Counted from the first letter of the stretch, positions 30,162-40,436 are shown. The stretch is DNA of 64,000 nt from an uncultured virus (IMG/VR IMGVR_UViG_3300006924_000001) (IMGVR_UViG_3300006924_000001), one strand, 5' to 3'. The notes: generated from the sequence alone by a model not told the origin. Numbers and translations are program-made.

Positions 30162-30575
30162 TCAAGCCGTAGCACATTGTGTTGTGTTGACAGGAATTAA
30201 ATCACCAGCAGTTGCAACGACTTCTCCGTCGCCAACATAAACACCGACGAGTTTGTCGGAGCCTGCGGTTCCACCGACTCGGCCAGCACCCTTTAGGTAC
30301 ACCAATTGTCCGGTAGTGTAGGTTTCAGCAAGAGCGGCAATCATTTGCACACCGCCCATTGGGAAGTAGGAGCAGGTTGCGCCAGTGGTTTCGAGAACTT
30401 GTTCAGCGTCACGGCTGGACTCGCCTGCCGAAACACCCAAAGGTACATCGGTTGCGGCTCCCAATTGAACCTTGTTTGCCGTTCCATCTTTTGAGAGAAC
30501 GATGCCAACGCCGCTAACGGTGTTTGCGTCTTTCAAAGTTGCGTTGCGGGGGTCGTTGCTTGTAAATGCTACCAT
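30162..30575 (-). CDS. Capsid cement/minor capsid protein
   Basis: Gly/Ala-rich beta-tulip-like pattern (PLGVS, GQLVY...G.V); located before the MCP gene. Confidence 0.65.
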   Translation of the reverse strand: MVAFTSNDPRNATLKDANTVSGVGIVLSKDGTANKVQLGAATDVPLGVSAGESSRDAEQVLETTGATCSYFPMGGVQMIAALAETYTTGQLVYLKGAGRVGGTAGSDKLVGVYVGDGEVVATAGDLIPVNTTQCATA

Positions 30576-32753
30576 TCAAATCATCTCCTTCATTTCTGTA
30601 AAGTTAGGTGCGCTAATGCGCTCATCTCCACGCTCGTTTCCGCTTAGTGTCTTGTTCCAAGCAGAAGCCCAAGCATTCCATGCCTGTGCGTAAAGACTTT
30701 GTGGGGTTTCGACCATCTTACCGTTTAGGTAATTGGCGACAACGGGTTCAGCCTTGACTTCTTCGGAAGCCACTGCTGATTCGGATGCTGGAACTGCTGG
30801 GGACATTTCGACCACAGGTTCGGCAGGGTGGGATGCTTCCCAAGATGCGATGAGGTTGTTAAGGGTGTCCGAAGAAAGGTCTTCGTGTCCCTTTAGACCA
30901 AGTTCTGTTGCGGAGGCAACGAGGCTAAGTCGGGATTCTTCTGCTTGCGAGGCTTCGTGAGCCTTCATTTCTTCAAGTTCTGCACGAGCAAGAACCAGTT
31001 CTGCTTGTAGTGCTTCCATTTCACTTGCGGAAATGGTTTCTTCGATTTGTTCTTCGGACATATTGCTATTCCCCTTTCGGTATTCTGTCCGAGAAGCCGT
31101 TTGACTTATCAAGGTTTCTTCGGTGGAAGCGGTTTTCTTAGCACGAGGATGCCCTTTGGGAAGAAGGTCATTGTCTTGCTTGTAGTTGGGATTTGATGGT
31201 CTTCCGGTACGAAGGAGATAAATGAAGGCGTTGACTCTTGCGACTCCCCAGCCATTTCTTGACATATTGGGTGCGTGGCTTGTGCTAAAAGCACCAGCAC
31301 CACGACGGAATACAGTGAGAAGTGCGCCCATAGATGCTTTACTACCTTTTCCTTTCTTGTTGTGTTCTTGCATTTTGTTTTGCAAGGTTTTTCGAGTAGC
31401 AGGGGAAACGGTAATTGACTTGTTAGGCTTTTTTGCGGAGCCGGGTGGGTTTTTCTTAGACCCCTTGCGTCGCTCGTCGGGTTTAGCGGGAGTCTTTCTT
31501 GGGTCGTTCTTTCCGGGTTTGCCATGTTGTCCACCGTGTTTTGCTTCTGCGTTTTCTTCGACTTTTTCAACCGACTCAATTGTTGCTCGGTTGTAGGCTG
31601 GCTTATGAACTATCGCCAAGTGGTCAAATGTAAAATCATTGTCAAATACCATACCGGTTTCGCTTGCGGCAATAGGAATACCATAGCCACCAATGCTAAC
31701 ACCGTAATCGGGCTTTAGCCACAGTCCGGACTCAAGAGCCTCAAACAGTTCTTCTCGATAAACATGAGCGGCATAGCGGACTTCATACTTTTCTTTATCG
31801 GGATAATTTATTGTTGCCGAAATAACTTTGCCAACATTTGCTTCGTTGACCCCGCCATCTGTATTTCTTTCAAAGCCCACACTCTTTGCTTTAGGGTGGT
31901 TAAGAGTTAGGTCAGCACCTATCATTTGGTCAAGTACCTTTTCGGCACCACGCTTTGTGATAGCCCAACGGTTCTTGTTGTAACCTTCGTGGAATGCAAC
32001 ACCTTTGATTTCAAGAATGTTCTTGCCTGTCGATGCTTCGACTTTAGCAACTATTTCGTCAACAGTAATTTCCATTGTGACATTTACGGGTTGGCATGAC
32101 CCAGCCACCATTTCTTCGCCAATAGGACATGACCCAGCCGTAGCCTTTTTGTCTTCGTCTTTGTCGTATGCTTTCTTAGGAATATCTTTGCCCTTATTTT
32201 TACTCATGTACTCTTCATGGGTCTTTCCGGGCATGAATACTTTTTCGCCATCTTCTTCATGGGAATGAATACCATCTAATCCCATTTCCTTTGCTCTCTT
32301 AGAGGCTTCGGCTGGGTTATCAAACACATCTTTGCGAATCATCTTTGCTTCTGCGTGTTCTCCACAGGAGTCGCAACATGGTTCGGAAGCAACCGCTTCT
32401 TCGATACCCTCAAGAATTTCTCCTTCATTTTGCTCCCATAGTTCGTCGTAACTTCCTTGAACTTTTGTGGTTGACCATTGTCGGCAAGACCAGTAACCGG
32501 GTGTGGTGCGGTCTTTCTTTTCGGAGCATGAGTGGCGGTCACGGAATGCCTTTCGTCGCTTAGGGTCGTCACGCTTGATTTCCATGTTAGGGTCGCCAAA
32601 GCGCACAATAACGACTTTGCCACTTGAGTTCTGCACATAAACAGCGAACTTCTTAGGTCCGCCTTGTGTACGGAAGGGCTTGTTAAGCGTCACCTTCTTG
32701 CCTTGATATTCTGCGGCTTGAATGATTTGCTCATCATCTTCGACGGTTGGCAT
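30576..32753 (-). CDS. Prohead protease/scaffold polyprotein with extra modules
   Basis: LTLNH, GVSIGG and FDHLAIVHKPAY protease motifs; acidic coiled-coil C-terminus. Confidence 0.8.
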   Translation of the reverse strand: MPTVEDDEQIIQAAEYQGKKVTLNKPFRTQGGPKKFAVYVQNSSGKVVIVRFGDPNMEIKRDDPKRRKAFRDRHSCSEKKDRTTPGYWSCRQWSTTKVQGSYDELWEQNEGEILEGIEEAVASEPCCDSCGEHAEAKMIRKDVFDNPAEASKRAKEMGLDGIHSHEEDGEKVFMPGKTHEEYMSKNKGKDIPKKAYDKDEDKKATAGSCPIGEEMVAGSCQPVNVTMEITVDEIVAKVEASTGKNILEIKGVAFHEGYNKNRWAITKRGAEKVLDQMIGADLTLNHPKAKSVGFERNTDGGVNEANVGKVISATINYPDKEKYEVRYAAHVYREELFEALESGLWLKPDYGVSIGGYGIPIAASETGMVFDNDFTFDHLAIVHKPAYNRATIESVEKVEENAEAKHGGQHGKPGKNDPRKTPAKPDERRKGSKKNPPGSAKKPNKSITVSPATRKTLQNKMQEHNKKGKGSKASMGALLTVFRRGAGAFSTSHAPNMSRNGWGVARVNAFIYLLRTGRPSNPNYKQDNDLLPKGHPRAKKTASTEETLISQTASRTEYRKGNSNMSEEQIEETISASEMEALQAELVLARAELEEMKAHEASQAEESRLSLVASATELGLKGHEDLSSDTLNNLIASWEASHPAEPVVEMSPAVPASESAVASEEVKAEPVVANYLNGKMVETPQSLYAQAWNAWASAWNKTLSGNERGDERISAPNFTEMKEMI

Positions 32754-32778
32754 AGTGTTGCGACATACGGAGTGACTT

Positions 32779-33234
32779 TTAATCCATTCGCCAAATTTGT
32801 TGGGTTTCGTTTAGAATGTCTTCATACATAGAAAGTGACATTATATCTTGTACATCATAATACGAGCAGACTTTTTGATAACCAAGCGACAAAACAGTAT
32901 TAACAAGAGTCTGCATTTTTATTTGCTCTATTGGATTTAATACGGTGACCTTTGGCAAATCGCAAAGAATAGGGGAATTGTTTCTTTCGCTTAGTAAGAA
33001 TGGGTGATACTTATTTTTGCGGTATTTCTTTTTAACATAGGTGTTTCCAACAAAAGCAAAGTCTTCAAGGATTAGAGAACCTGTGTATGCCACTGGCTCG
33101 TCGTCAACAAATAAGACCCAATAGTCCATGTTGTCAAAGATTTGAGGATAGCCCTTTTCGCTTGGGAATGGCAGGTCTTGCCAAATTTCTTCCAGTTCTT
33201 TTCTAAGCAAACATTCCACAATCATGTGGTTCAC
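32779..33234 (-). CDS. GNAT-like acetyltransferase
   Basis: VGNTYVKKKYRK resembles GNAT motif A; AT-rich. Confidence 0.45.
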   Translation of the reverse strand: MNHMIVECLLRKELEEIWQDLPFPSEKGYPQIFDNMDYWVLFVDDEPVAYTGSLILEDFAFVGNTYVKKKYRKNKYHPFLLSERNNSPILCDLPKVTVLNPIEQIKMQTLVNTVLSLGYQKVCSYYDVQDIMSLSMYEDILNETQQIWRMD

Positions 33235-33599
33235 TCTTCAAGACTTTTGAACTTAACAGCATGAACATGCTCTTGGGCTTTCTTTTCCAAGAACATCTTG
33301 TGGTCATGCTCTTCTCCGTCACGCTCACGCTCATGCTTTAGTTCTTGTGGGATGTTGTCGATTTCGATGGTTTGTTCGGATTCCCACATACGCAACACTG
33401 TTGAAAGGGCTGGGCCTGCAACGCCACCAATGATGGCAATAAGTGCAATAAAACCGTCAAGGTTTTGCAAGACTACATCGGGTTTCCAAATACCCATACC
33501 TACTACTGCACCGCTTGCAAGAAGCCATAGGTAAATTGCTGGAAGTACAGTGCGCTGTACCATTTTGTCGTTAAATGAATTTGGGTTTTTCTTACTCAT
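33231..33599 (-). CDS. Two-TM membrane protein (holin-like?)
   Basis: Two hydrophobic helices and a charged C-terminus. Confidence 0.55.
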   Translation of the reverse strand: MSKKNPNSFNDKMVQRTVLPAIYLWLLASGAVVGMGIWKPDVVLQNLDGFIALIAIIGGVAGPALSTVLRMWESEQTIEIDNIPQELKHERERDGEEHDHKMFLEKKAQEHVHAVKFKSLEE

Positions 33600-34959
33600 C
33601 CTTCATACCCTCCTGTTGATTTGTTCTTGGAAGTTCGCCGGTTTTGCCTTTCGTACCTTCCTTTCGGATTGTGCCTTCAGACTCCGGTTGCATTCCGATA
33701 AGTTCGAGTGTTTGATTAAGTGTTAGGATGCCAGCATCATAACCAAGCACTGCTCTCTTCATAGAGTCCATTGGGGATTCTTCTGCTATTGGCTTAAAGT
33801 TAAATTCCGGCAAGTCTTTCTTTTGGTGCTTAATACCCATTAGTTCTAACTGCTTAGAGAACAATTCCATGATACCTTGCTTCACAATAGATTGAAGCCG
33901 AGAGATAGCCGTATTAGCCCACATATTTGCGTTGTAGGTAGCGGCAAAGGTCGAACCCTTTTCTTGCCCTGCGGCGACACGAGGGACATGCAGAACAGCG
34001 GCTACATTAGCACCAACCATGTCGAGGAAACCACTGTTGTCGGGAATTGTGTTTTTGAGGTCAACATGGTGTAGTGTGACATAGGAAGGAAGGATTGGCA
34101 TTTGGTCGCCACGCAGACCTTCAAACAATTTGATAACTTCATCCATGATAATTCCAAGCCTTTCTTGTTGTTCGTCGGGGTCTTGGATGTGTTCAATAGC
34201 AGACTTGTCAATCGTAATGAATTGCTTTGTTAGTACATCTTCAAGGGCAATACGGTTGTTCATTGTGTTGTACTTAACACGAACTACTTGCTCAAGAGAA
34301 GAAAACCGAGATTGGCCCCACACACCATAGGTTTGACGCAATTTTGTGTCTTCGTACCAATTGCTACGGAAGTCGGTTCGGAAGTGAACAATCTCGCTAC
34401 GAGGGAAAACCATAGTGTCGATACCCTGTTCTCGCAAGATGTAAAAGTCGTTTGTCATAATCGGACTGTTTTGGTCAGCGGTGAACGGTAGTCCGTTGGC
34501 TCCACGGTTGTCAACGATAGTGATTTGGCGAATAGGCAGGCTTTGGATATTGGTGATACCTACACCGGTACGACCTACTAACTTGTTAATGTCGTTGCCA
34601 TACACTTGTAGGTTGCGTAGTGCGTTAATGAGAAAGTCGTCAAAGTCAACACGGTCAACCATTTCCATGATTGCGTTGCGGATAGCACTGTTCTTGGCTT
34701 TTTTGTAGTCAATCTCGTAATTGTTAGCAGTCAAAGCCACGCTTCGGACTGCACCGTTTAGTTCGGGGTCTAATTTGACCATGTTGTCGTACAAGTCGAA
34801 CTTGTTGATGAAATTTGTTTCGCTTTGGAATTTCTCGGTTTCCTCAAAGATGTTTGGCAAACCTGCGGCTACTGATAGTGAAATGTTTGAACCAACACGG
34901 TGTACGACCGTTTCTTCTGCGGCAGAAGCGTTGCGTCGAAACCTATCAAAGATACCCAT
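33592..34959 (-). CDS. Portal protein
   Basis: MGIFDRF start, EIVHFR, G.SR.S.L and LTLNQ..E..G patterns; first gene of the head operon. Confidence 0.88.
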   Translation of the reverse strand: MGIFDRFRRNASAAEETVVHRVGSNISLSVAAGLPNIFEETEKFQSETNFINKFDLYDNMVKLDPELNGAVRSVALTANNYEIDYKKAKNSAIRNAIMEMVDRVDFDDFLINALRNLQVYGNDINKLVGRTGVGITNIQSLPIRQITIVDNRGANGLPFTADQNSPIMTNDFYILREQGIDTMVFPRSEIVHFRTDFRSNWYEDTKLRQTYGVWGQSRFSSLEQVVRVKYNTMNNRIALEDVLTKQFITIDKSAIEHIQDPDEQQERLGIIMDEVIKLFEGLRGDQMPILPSYVTLHHVDLKNTIPDNSGFLDMVGANVAAVLHVPRVAAGQEKGSTFAATYNANMWANTAISRLQSIVKQGIMELFSKQLELMGIKHQKKDLPEFNFKPIAEESPMDSMKRAVLGYDAGILTLNQTLELIGMQPESEGTIRKEGTKGKTGELPRTNQQEGMKDE

Positions 34960-35044
34960 GTTGTCAACGAGGTCACCGTTGTTTTATGAAGGTAGCGATT
35001 TATTTTTGTTTATTCTTTCAATTTTAACAAAAATAATTAAATCG

Positions 35045-35210
35045 AACGCTATATTGCGGTTTTTGTTTATTCTTTTATTGTTTCATAGACCTGTAAGAAA
35101 AAGTAGTATTAACCTCTTAACTTAATCTAAGCAGTGGGGGGCATTAAACACCTATGAAGTAATAAAAGAATTAGGTGTTTGGCCTTTCAGTGTATCGTTT
35201 ATTTCTTTTT
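35045..35210. repeat. Palindromic AT-rich element, copy A (candidate origin)
   Basis: Imperfect inverted repeat; homologous to the reverse complement of 53585-53745. Confidence 0.75.
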
Positions 35211-35271
35211 GTTGTGATGAAATCAATAGAAAGATAAATGTTCATAAAGGGCTTCCACATGGCTTAGAGTA

Positions 35272-36711
35272 ATGAGAGCGAAGCCGGACTATGGGAACGA
35301 CTTGATTGCCGAACACTACGACCCTAACAGTTCTGTTCTGTCCATAGCAAGAAAATTAAATGCTTTGGATGGTAAAAAGTCAGTAAAGGGTTGGGAAATG
35401 TCCATTTATCGCTACAAAAACAACCTTAACTCACCTATGCCGGTTGAGGAAATGACTGAAATTGAACCAACCGTTGATGCGGTAAAGCAATCGTACCACT
35501 ACAATGCTATTGAAGACGAGTACCATACCTTTTTGCGAGTAGCAGACCAAATGATTTGCGTTAGTGGTGACAAACACCGAGCAATGAAAGAGGCATACAG
35601 CAATATGGTAGGCAAGCCTGCGTCAATGAACGAGATTTGCAGACAATTTGGTATTCCTCGTGCATGGTTCGATGAGTACCGACGCCGACATGGGTGGACA
35701 CATGACATGTCACCATACACTGATGAGCAATTGGCAAGCACAAAGGTCGAAATGCTTGTTGACGATTTGGTAACAAAAAGAAAGCATCAGTTACATCAAA
35801 AGTTCGAGAGGGCAAAGTGGAAGGCTATTGAAGAGTCTGCTGAAAAGTACAATATGTTTGAGGAAAAAATACTTAACGAGTTCATGCAAATTGTCCCTAA
35901 AGCACCTGCAAGCACACCACAAATGGCTATGGTTGAAGATTCGTTGGAGTATGCTCTTGTTATCAGTCCTACCGACTTTCATTGGGGCAAGTATGGCTGG
36001 GTTGACGAGGTTGGAGAAACCTACAATTTCGATGAGGCAAGAACTCGATTGATGGAAAAGACGCAAGAATTGATTTGTCGCCTTCCTTCTCGACCGGAAA
36101 AGATTATCTTGGCTACTGGTAGCGATTGGTTCCATGTTGATACTGATGCCGGTACAACAACAAAGGGTACGCCACAAGACATGTGTGGAAGCCCTGCCGA
36201 AATACTAATGACCGGTTGCCAAATGGCAAGAGAACACATTGAATTGCTTAGACAGGTTGCTCCTGTCGAAGTAGTGTTTATGCCGGGTAATCACGATAGA
36301 ATGTCAGCAATTGCTTTGATGATGTACCTAAGTGCCGCATACGAAACCGTGGAAGACTGTGAAATCATTGTTAGCCCTTCCACTCGGCAGTATGTCCAGT
36401 ATGGTAACAATTTGATGGGCTTTATTCATGGAGATGGGGCAAAGAACCTTGTCGAATTGATGAGCAATGAGAAGAGAGAACTTTGGGGTGCCTGTGAACA
36501 CCACACTTGGTTCCACGGTCACTTGCACCACAGACAGGTTGTTGAAAAGGGCGGCTGTTTGATTATTCAATTACCTTCACTTGCTGGACATGACAGATAC
36601 CACGCTCGACAAGGTTATACGACAAGCATTGCCGGATTGTCAGCGCACATACTTGACAAAGAAAAAGGTCTTGTCGGAACACTATTTGCTCCTGTGGAGG
36701 GTCAACATTGA
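35272..36711 (+). CDS. Calcineurin-like metallophosphoesterase with N-terminal HTH region
   Basis: DFH, SDWFH, GNHD, HGD and GHLH motifs. Confidence 0.88.
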   Translation: MRAKPDYGNDLIAEHYDPNSSVLSIARKLNALDGKKSVKGWEMSIYRYKNNLNSPMPVEEMTEIEPTVDAVKQSYHYNAIEDEYHTFLRVADQMICVSGDKHRAMKEAYSNMVGKPASMNEICRQFGIPRAWFDEYRRRHGWTHDMSPYTDEQLASTKVEMLVDDLVTKRKHQLHQKFERAKWKAIEESAEKYNMFEEKILNEFMQIVPKAPASTPQMAMVEDSLEYALVISPTDFHWGKYGWVDEVGETYNFDEARTRLMEKTQELICRLPSRPEKIILATGSDWFHVDTDAGTTTKGTPQDMCGSPAEILMTGCQMAREHIELLRQVAPVEVVFMPGNHDRMSAIALMMYLSAAYETVEDCEIIVSPSTRQYVQYGNNLMGFIHGDGAKNLVELMSNEKRELWGACEHHTWFHGHLHHRQVVEKGGCLIIQLPSLAGHDRYHARQGYTTSIAGLSAHILDKEKGLVGTLFAPVEGQH

Positions 36712-36857
36712 CTAACCCACAAGTAAAAAAATTAAGAGAATGTCAAAATTGCGGTCACCGTTGCCATTCCCGTTATACTTCACACAAAAAATGGTGTAAA
36801 GACGAGAAGAAAATGGTGTACTGCGGTTGCTTAAGGGTGGTTCGTGATGAAGCGTGA
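36708..36857 (+). CDS. Small Zn-finger protein (49 aa, TTG start)
   Basis: LRECQNCG...H...YCGCLRVVRDEA; paralog of 3484-3645. Confidence 0.6.
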   Translation: MTNPQVKKLRECQNCGHRCHSRYTSHKKWCKDEKKMVYCGCLRVVRDEA

Positions 36858-36966
36858 ACATGTTGTCTGTACGGCTTGCGGTTGGGAAAGTAAGTACCTT
36901 TCTCAAGCAAAGGCTTTTACGAGAATCTGTCCGTATTGTGGCTTACGCGCTTTGCGACCGTGGTGA
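36847..36966 (+). CDS. Zn-ribbon peptide (39 aa)
   Basis: CTACGW...CPYCG. Confidence 0.55.
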   Translation: MKREHVVCTACGWESKYLSQAKAFTRICPYCGLRALRPW

Positions 36967-37028
36967 ACTTATGACTTTGAAGATTGATATTTTTTGGAAA
37001 TTGCCGATAAGAATGTATGTGATGCCTA

Positions 37029-38519
37029 ATGTCAAGAATTAAATCAGCGTTGGCTTTTGAACGAGCAAGAAATGATGTATCATACTTTTACCGATGGCTT
37101 GGGTATGCTTGGGGTACTCACATTGGGGAATGGATGGATATTTACAGTGACAGGAAGGGAGCGCATGTTCACCGTGTTTGTATTATTGCTCCGAGAAGTC
37201 ACTCGAAGAGTACGACGCTTGGTGTAAAGTTATTGCACATGTGTCTTTTTCAAAAGTTCAACGGAAAGCCTATGGACATTTGGTTGTTTTCTGCGAGTCA
37301 AGATACGGCAGTACGACGATTAGCAGAAATCCGAAAGGATTTGACAAGCCATAAAGAACTGGCTCGATACATTGACCCTAAGAAGGGTGGTAAAAAGGAA
37401 CTATGGCTTAACAATGGCGCAGTCATTCGATGCTCTTCTGTTGGCAGTGCTATTCGTGGTGACCACCCTGCTGTCGTAGCACTTGACGATGTGTTGCTCG
37501 ATGCTAAAAAAGAACTTAACAATGAGCAGTTAAGGCATTGGCTACGAAAGGTTGTCATGCCGATGCTCGACCCCGGTGCATTCCTATATTGTGTTGGTAC
37601 GCCGATGAGCATGGCTGATTTGTACCACACTGAAATGCTTGACAATGACCAATGGAAGACTGGTGTTTGGTCTGCTATTCCCAATTGGGATGAAAAGAAA
37701 CATGAACCGGAAAAGTTAGAAGCCCTTTGGCCGGAGTTCCGACCGTTGGACTTTTTGCTTGAGCAGAAGAAGGTGACAGGCGAGTTAGAATTTGCACAAG
37801 AATTTCTATGCAAAGTCATTGATGATGAGGCGGCTGTGTACCCTCGTAAATTTACACGAGCCAATATGGACTTAGAGCAGGTGTTTGACAGTGAAAAGCG
37901 TGGTGGGTGCAAGTATGTTGTTGGTTTTGACCCGTCACAAGGATTAGGGAAAGACTATTCTGTAATGGTACTGGTTCGCCAAGAATCCGATGGCTCTTTG
38001 TGTGTAGCAAACATTTGGAGAAGGAACGACTTCTCCCCCGACAGACAGGCTGACATGATTGGTGAGTGGTGTAAAAAGTACAGCGCACCTCTTGCGGCAG
38101 AAGATGTAGGATTTCAGCGATTGTTCAAGTCCTTGTTAGAGGCTAAGGGTATCGGTGTTGAGTATCGAGAGTCAAAGGTTAGCAACAAAGGCTTGAAGCA
38201 GGGATTGCTAAACCGATTAAGAGTGTGGTTTGAACGAGGCAAGATTCAATTCCCTTATGGCGACGATTCAACAAGGCGAGTCGTCAATGAAATGTTAGAA
38301 GAATTAGAGTCACATGCTTGGAAGTCCGGCGACATTGTTGATACCGGCAAACACAACGACTTGGTAATGGCTTTGGCACACGCTATCGACCAATTCTCGT
38401 TTAAATCCGATACTGTTCCATTTGCTGGCCGGTCTATGGGTAAAGGCGCATGGCAAGGTGGCAAGTCAAAAAGCCGTGGTCGTGGCGGTATTTTCCGAGC
38501 CGTCAGTAGGCGTTTATAA
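37029..38519 (+). CDS. terL: Terminase large subunit
   Basis: APRSHSKST Walker A, VALDD Walker B, VGTP, FAQEF, GFDP, DYS and HNDLVMA. Confidence 0.95.
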   Translation: MSRIKSALAFERARNDVSYFYRWLGYAWGTHIGEWMDIYSDRKGAHVHRVCIIAPRSHSKSTTLGVKLLHMCLFQKFNGKPMDIWLFSASQDTAVRRLAEIRKDLTSHKELARYIDPKKGGKKELWLNNGAVIRCSSVGSAIRGDHPAVVALDDVLLDAKKELNNEQLRHWLRKVVMPMLDPGAFLYCVGTPMSMADLYHTEMLDNDQWKTGVWSAIPNWDEKKHEPEKLEALWPEFRPLDFLLEQKKVTGELEFAQEFLCKVIDDEAAVYPRKFTRANMDLEQVFDSEKRGGCKYVVGFDPSQGLGKDYSVMVLVRQESDGSLCVANIWRRNDFSPDRQADMIGEWCKKYSAPLAAEDVGFQRLFKSLLEAKGIGVEYRESKVSNKGLKQGLLNRLRVWFERGKIQFPYGDDSTRRVVNEMLEELESHAWKSGDIVDTGKHNDLVMALAHAIDQFSFKSDTVPFAGRSMGKGAWQGGKSKSRGRGGIFRAVSRRL

Positions 38520-38935
38520 AGAAGGTTTTGAAAAATTTTACTGCGGAATTTTCGGGGTACTAAGCAACGCTGTGGGGGTGGCGGGCGGCGATTTTTGGAG
38601 TCAAGACGCCGCAGAATCGACCCCACCCCGAACCCATGAATGCCGTTTCTTGGTGTCATACATGGCCTCTACGGGCCGTTCGTGGGTGCTGGGCGGCATG
38701 GGTACCACCGCAGGGAAAGGCGTCGCTTGTAGGGGGGTCTATGGCGTTTTTTTGGTTCGGCGTTTGGGCCGGTCGGTGGCGGCACCTGCTCAACAGGCTC
38801 GCAGTGCATCGAATAGAACGAAAAAAATCATCCCGCTGGACTGCTCCACGACCGGCACGGGATGAGAACCGGTCGCTGTTGTCGTTTCGTTTGCTTGTCA
38901 ATACCTCCGCAGTGTGTCGTTTTTCGTCTGTCAGT

Positions 38936-40120
38936 TCAAGCCTTGAAGCGTCGCTCAAGAGCGATGCCGAGCAGGGTCACCTGTTGGCCGTCAATGGCCA
39001 CCTCAAAGGAGCATGGGACCACATCGTAGTCCATCTTTGACCACTTACCGCCTTGAATGCGGGTGCTGAATCGGCTTGCATCGCCGTCTTTTGCCAGCAT
39101 GTCGGCCATCAATTGAGCGGTGGTGATTTGGCCACGGTGAGCCATCACAACACGGTTGAACAGTTGCTTGGTGATGCGGCACGACTTGAAGTGAACTCGG
39201 TGGCCGCCGTACACCTTGAGGCCGCCCTGCGTCTTGTTCAGCACTGGAAGGTGCAATGTGACGCTGTTCGGGTCGAGGTTGCGCTTGGGGTTGGCACAGT
39301 TCGGGCAACAGTTGCCACGGCTGACCTGCTGGTGTCCCCATGCCTTTTGGCACACCTTGCAATACCGTTGAGCGGCGTGGCCGTTGTTGGTCCAATCAAG
39401 CACCGTAGAGGTGTTGATGGCAAGGTGAGCCTTGAGGCAATCCACGCCATCGCCTTGAAGGGCGTATTGGTGGACAGTGGAGCCTTCAACACGGTTGCGA
39501 GTGTCAAGGGCAAGGTCCGGCTTGGTGCTGTCTTGAATCTGCTTCAAGGTGTTCATTCCGTCACGAATCAATGCCGCCGAATCGACTGGCACATATCGTA
39601 CTCGGTCGCCTTCCATGAGGCCGAATGCTTGGAGCATTTCGGGGGTGGTGGTCATGAGGTCGAGTTCGACTTCAATGCTGTCCTGTCCACTCTCTTCAAC
39701 GGCTTGGCGGTTGGCTTCTTGGTAGGCCTTGAGGCTGACCAAAGCGGCCAATGCTCGGCGTACTGCTGGCTTGAGAACCAAGTCTGTGGCGTCGAGTTCG
39801 CCGAGGTCGTAGGTTCGTGGTTGCTGGTTTGGTCGGATGGTCTTGACCGGTCGGAATCCGGCGGACTTGATGGCCGCCATACTTGGGTTCTTGATGCCCA
39901 TTTCATCGTTCAGTGCCTTGAGTACCTTTGCTGGTACGGTGTCCTTTGCTTGGTACTTGTTGACCTTCCGAGTCATTGCCCTGTTGGCGTTGCTGTGCTT
40001 TGACACAGCCTCCACCAATGTGGCCATGATAACCTCATGGGGGTTCTCGGTTCCGTTGATGAACTGCTTCATCGTGCTTGCTGGTTGTCCTTGCGTGTTT
40101 GTTTCTTCGCTTGGTTGCAT
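38936..40120 (-). CDS. Hypothetical protein with internal Zn finger (GC-rich, putative earliest gene)
   Basis: GGAGG RBS; CKVC...CPNC; strongly biased codons. Confidence 0.8.
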   Translation of the reverse strand: MQPSEETNTQGQPASTMKQFINGTENPHEVIMATLVEAVSKHSNANRAMTRKVNKYQAKDTVPAKVLKALNDEMGIKNPSMAAIKSAGFRPVKTIRPNQQPRTYDLGELDATDLVLKPAVRRALAALVSLKAYQEANRQAVEESGQDSIEVELDLMTTTPEMLQAFGLMEGDRVRYVPVDSAALIRDGMNTLKQIQDSTKPDLALDTRNRVEGSTVHQYALQGDGVDCLKAHLAINTSTVLDWTNNGHAAQRYCKVCQKAWGHQQVSRGNCCPNCANPKRNLDPNSVTLHLPVLNKTQGGLKVYGGHRVHFKSCRITKQLFNRVVMAHRGQITTAQLMADMLAKDGDASRFSTRIQGGKWSKMDYDVVPCSFEVAIDGQQVTLLGIALERRFKA

Positions 40121-40436
40121 TTGGTTGCCCTCCTGTATCTTAGGCCAGTCAGCCTCTACCCATAAAGGCAACGCCGACTAACCCTTGAAATTCGGCTAAA
40201 TTCGGCCTTTTTGATTTCCGTCGGTCGGCTCGGCACCGGCCCGACAATCGCCCTAAACGGGCTAATTTGGGGGTTTTGATTCATGTTTGAACATGAATCT
40301 GTCATTCTCCCTGTCTAAACGCTGTACTGCGTGACCGATGACCCCTATTTGGCCACCCCAACATGAATGGTTCTTGTTATGGTATCAATTTGATACCACC
40401 CTTCGGTGTAATTGTGGAACCGAGTACCGCCGGTGA

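Noticed and set aside
38255..39040. Several 100-147-aa ORFs after terL
   Set aside because: They overlap each other and real genes, have low-complexity translations and lack start signals.
39053..40003. 316-aa + strand ORF
   Set aside because: Antisense shadow of the codon-biased 38936-40120 gene; no RBS or promoter.
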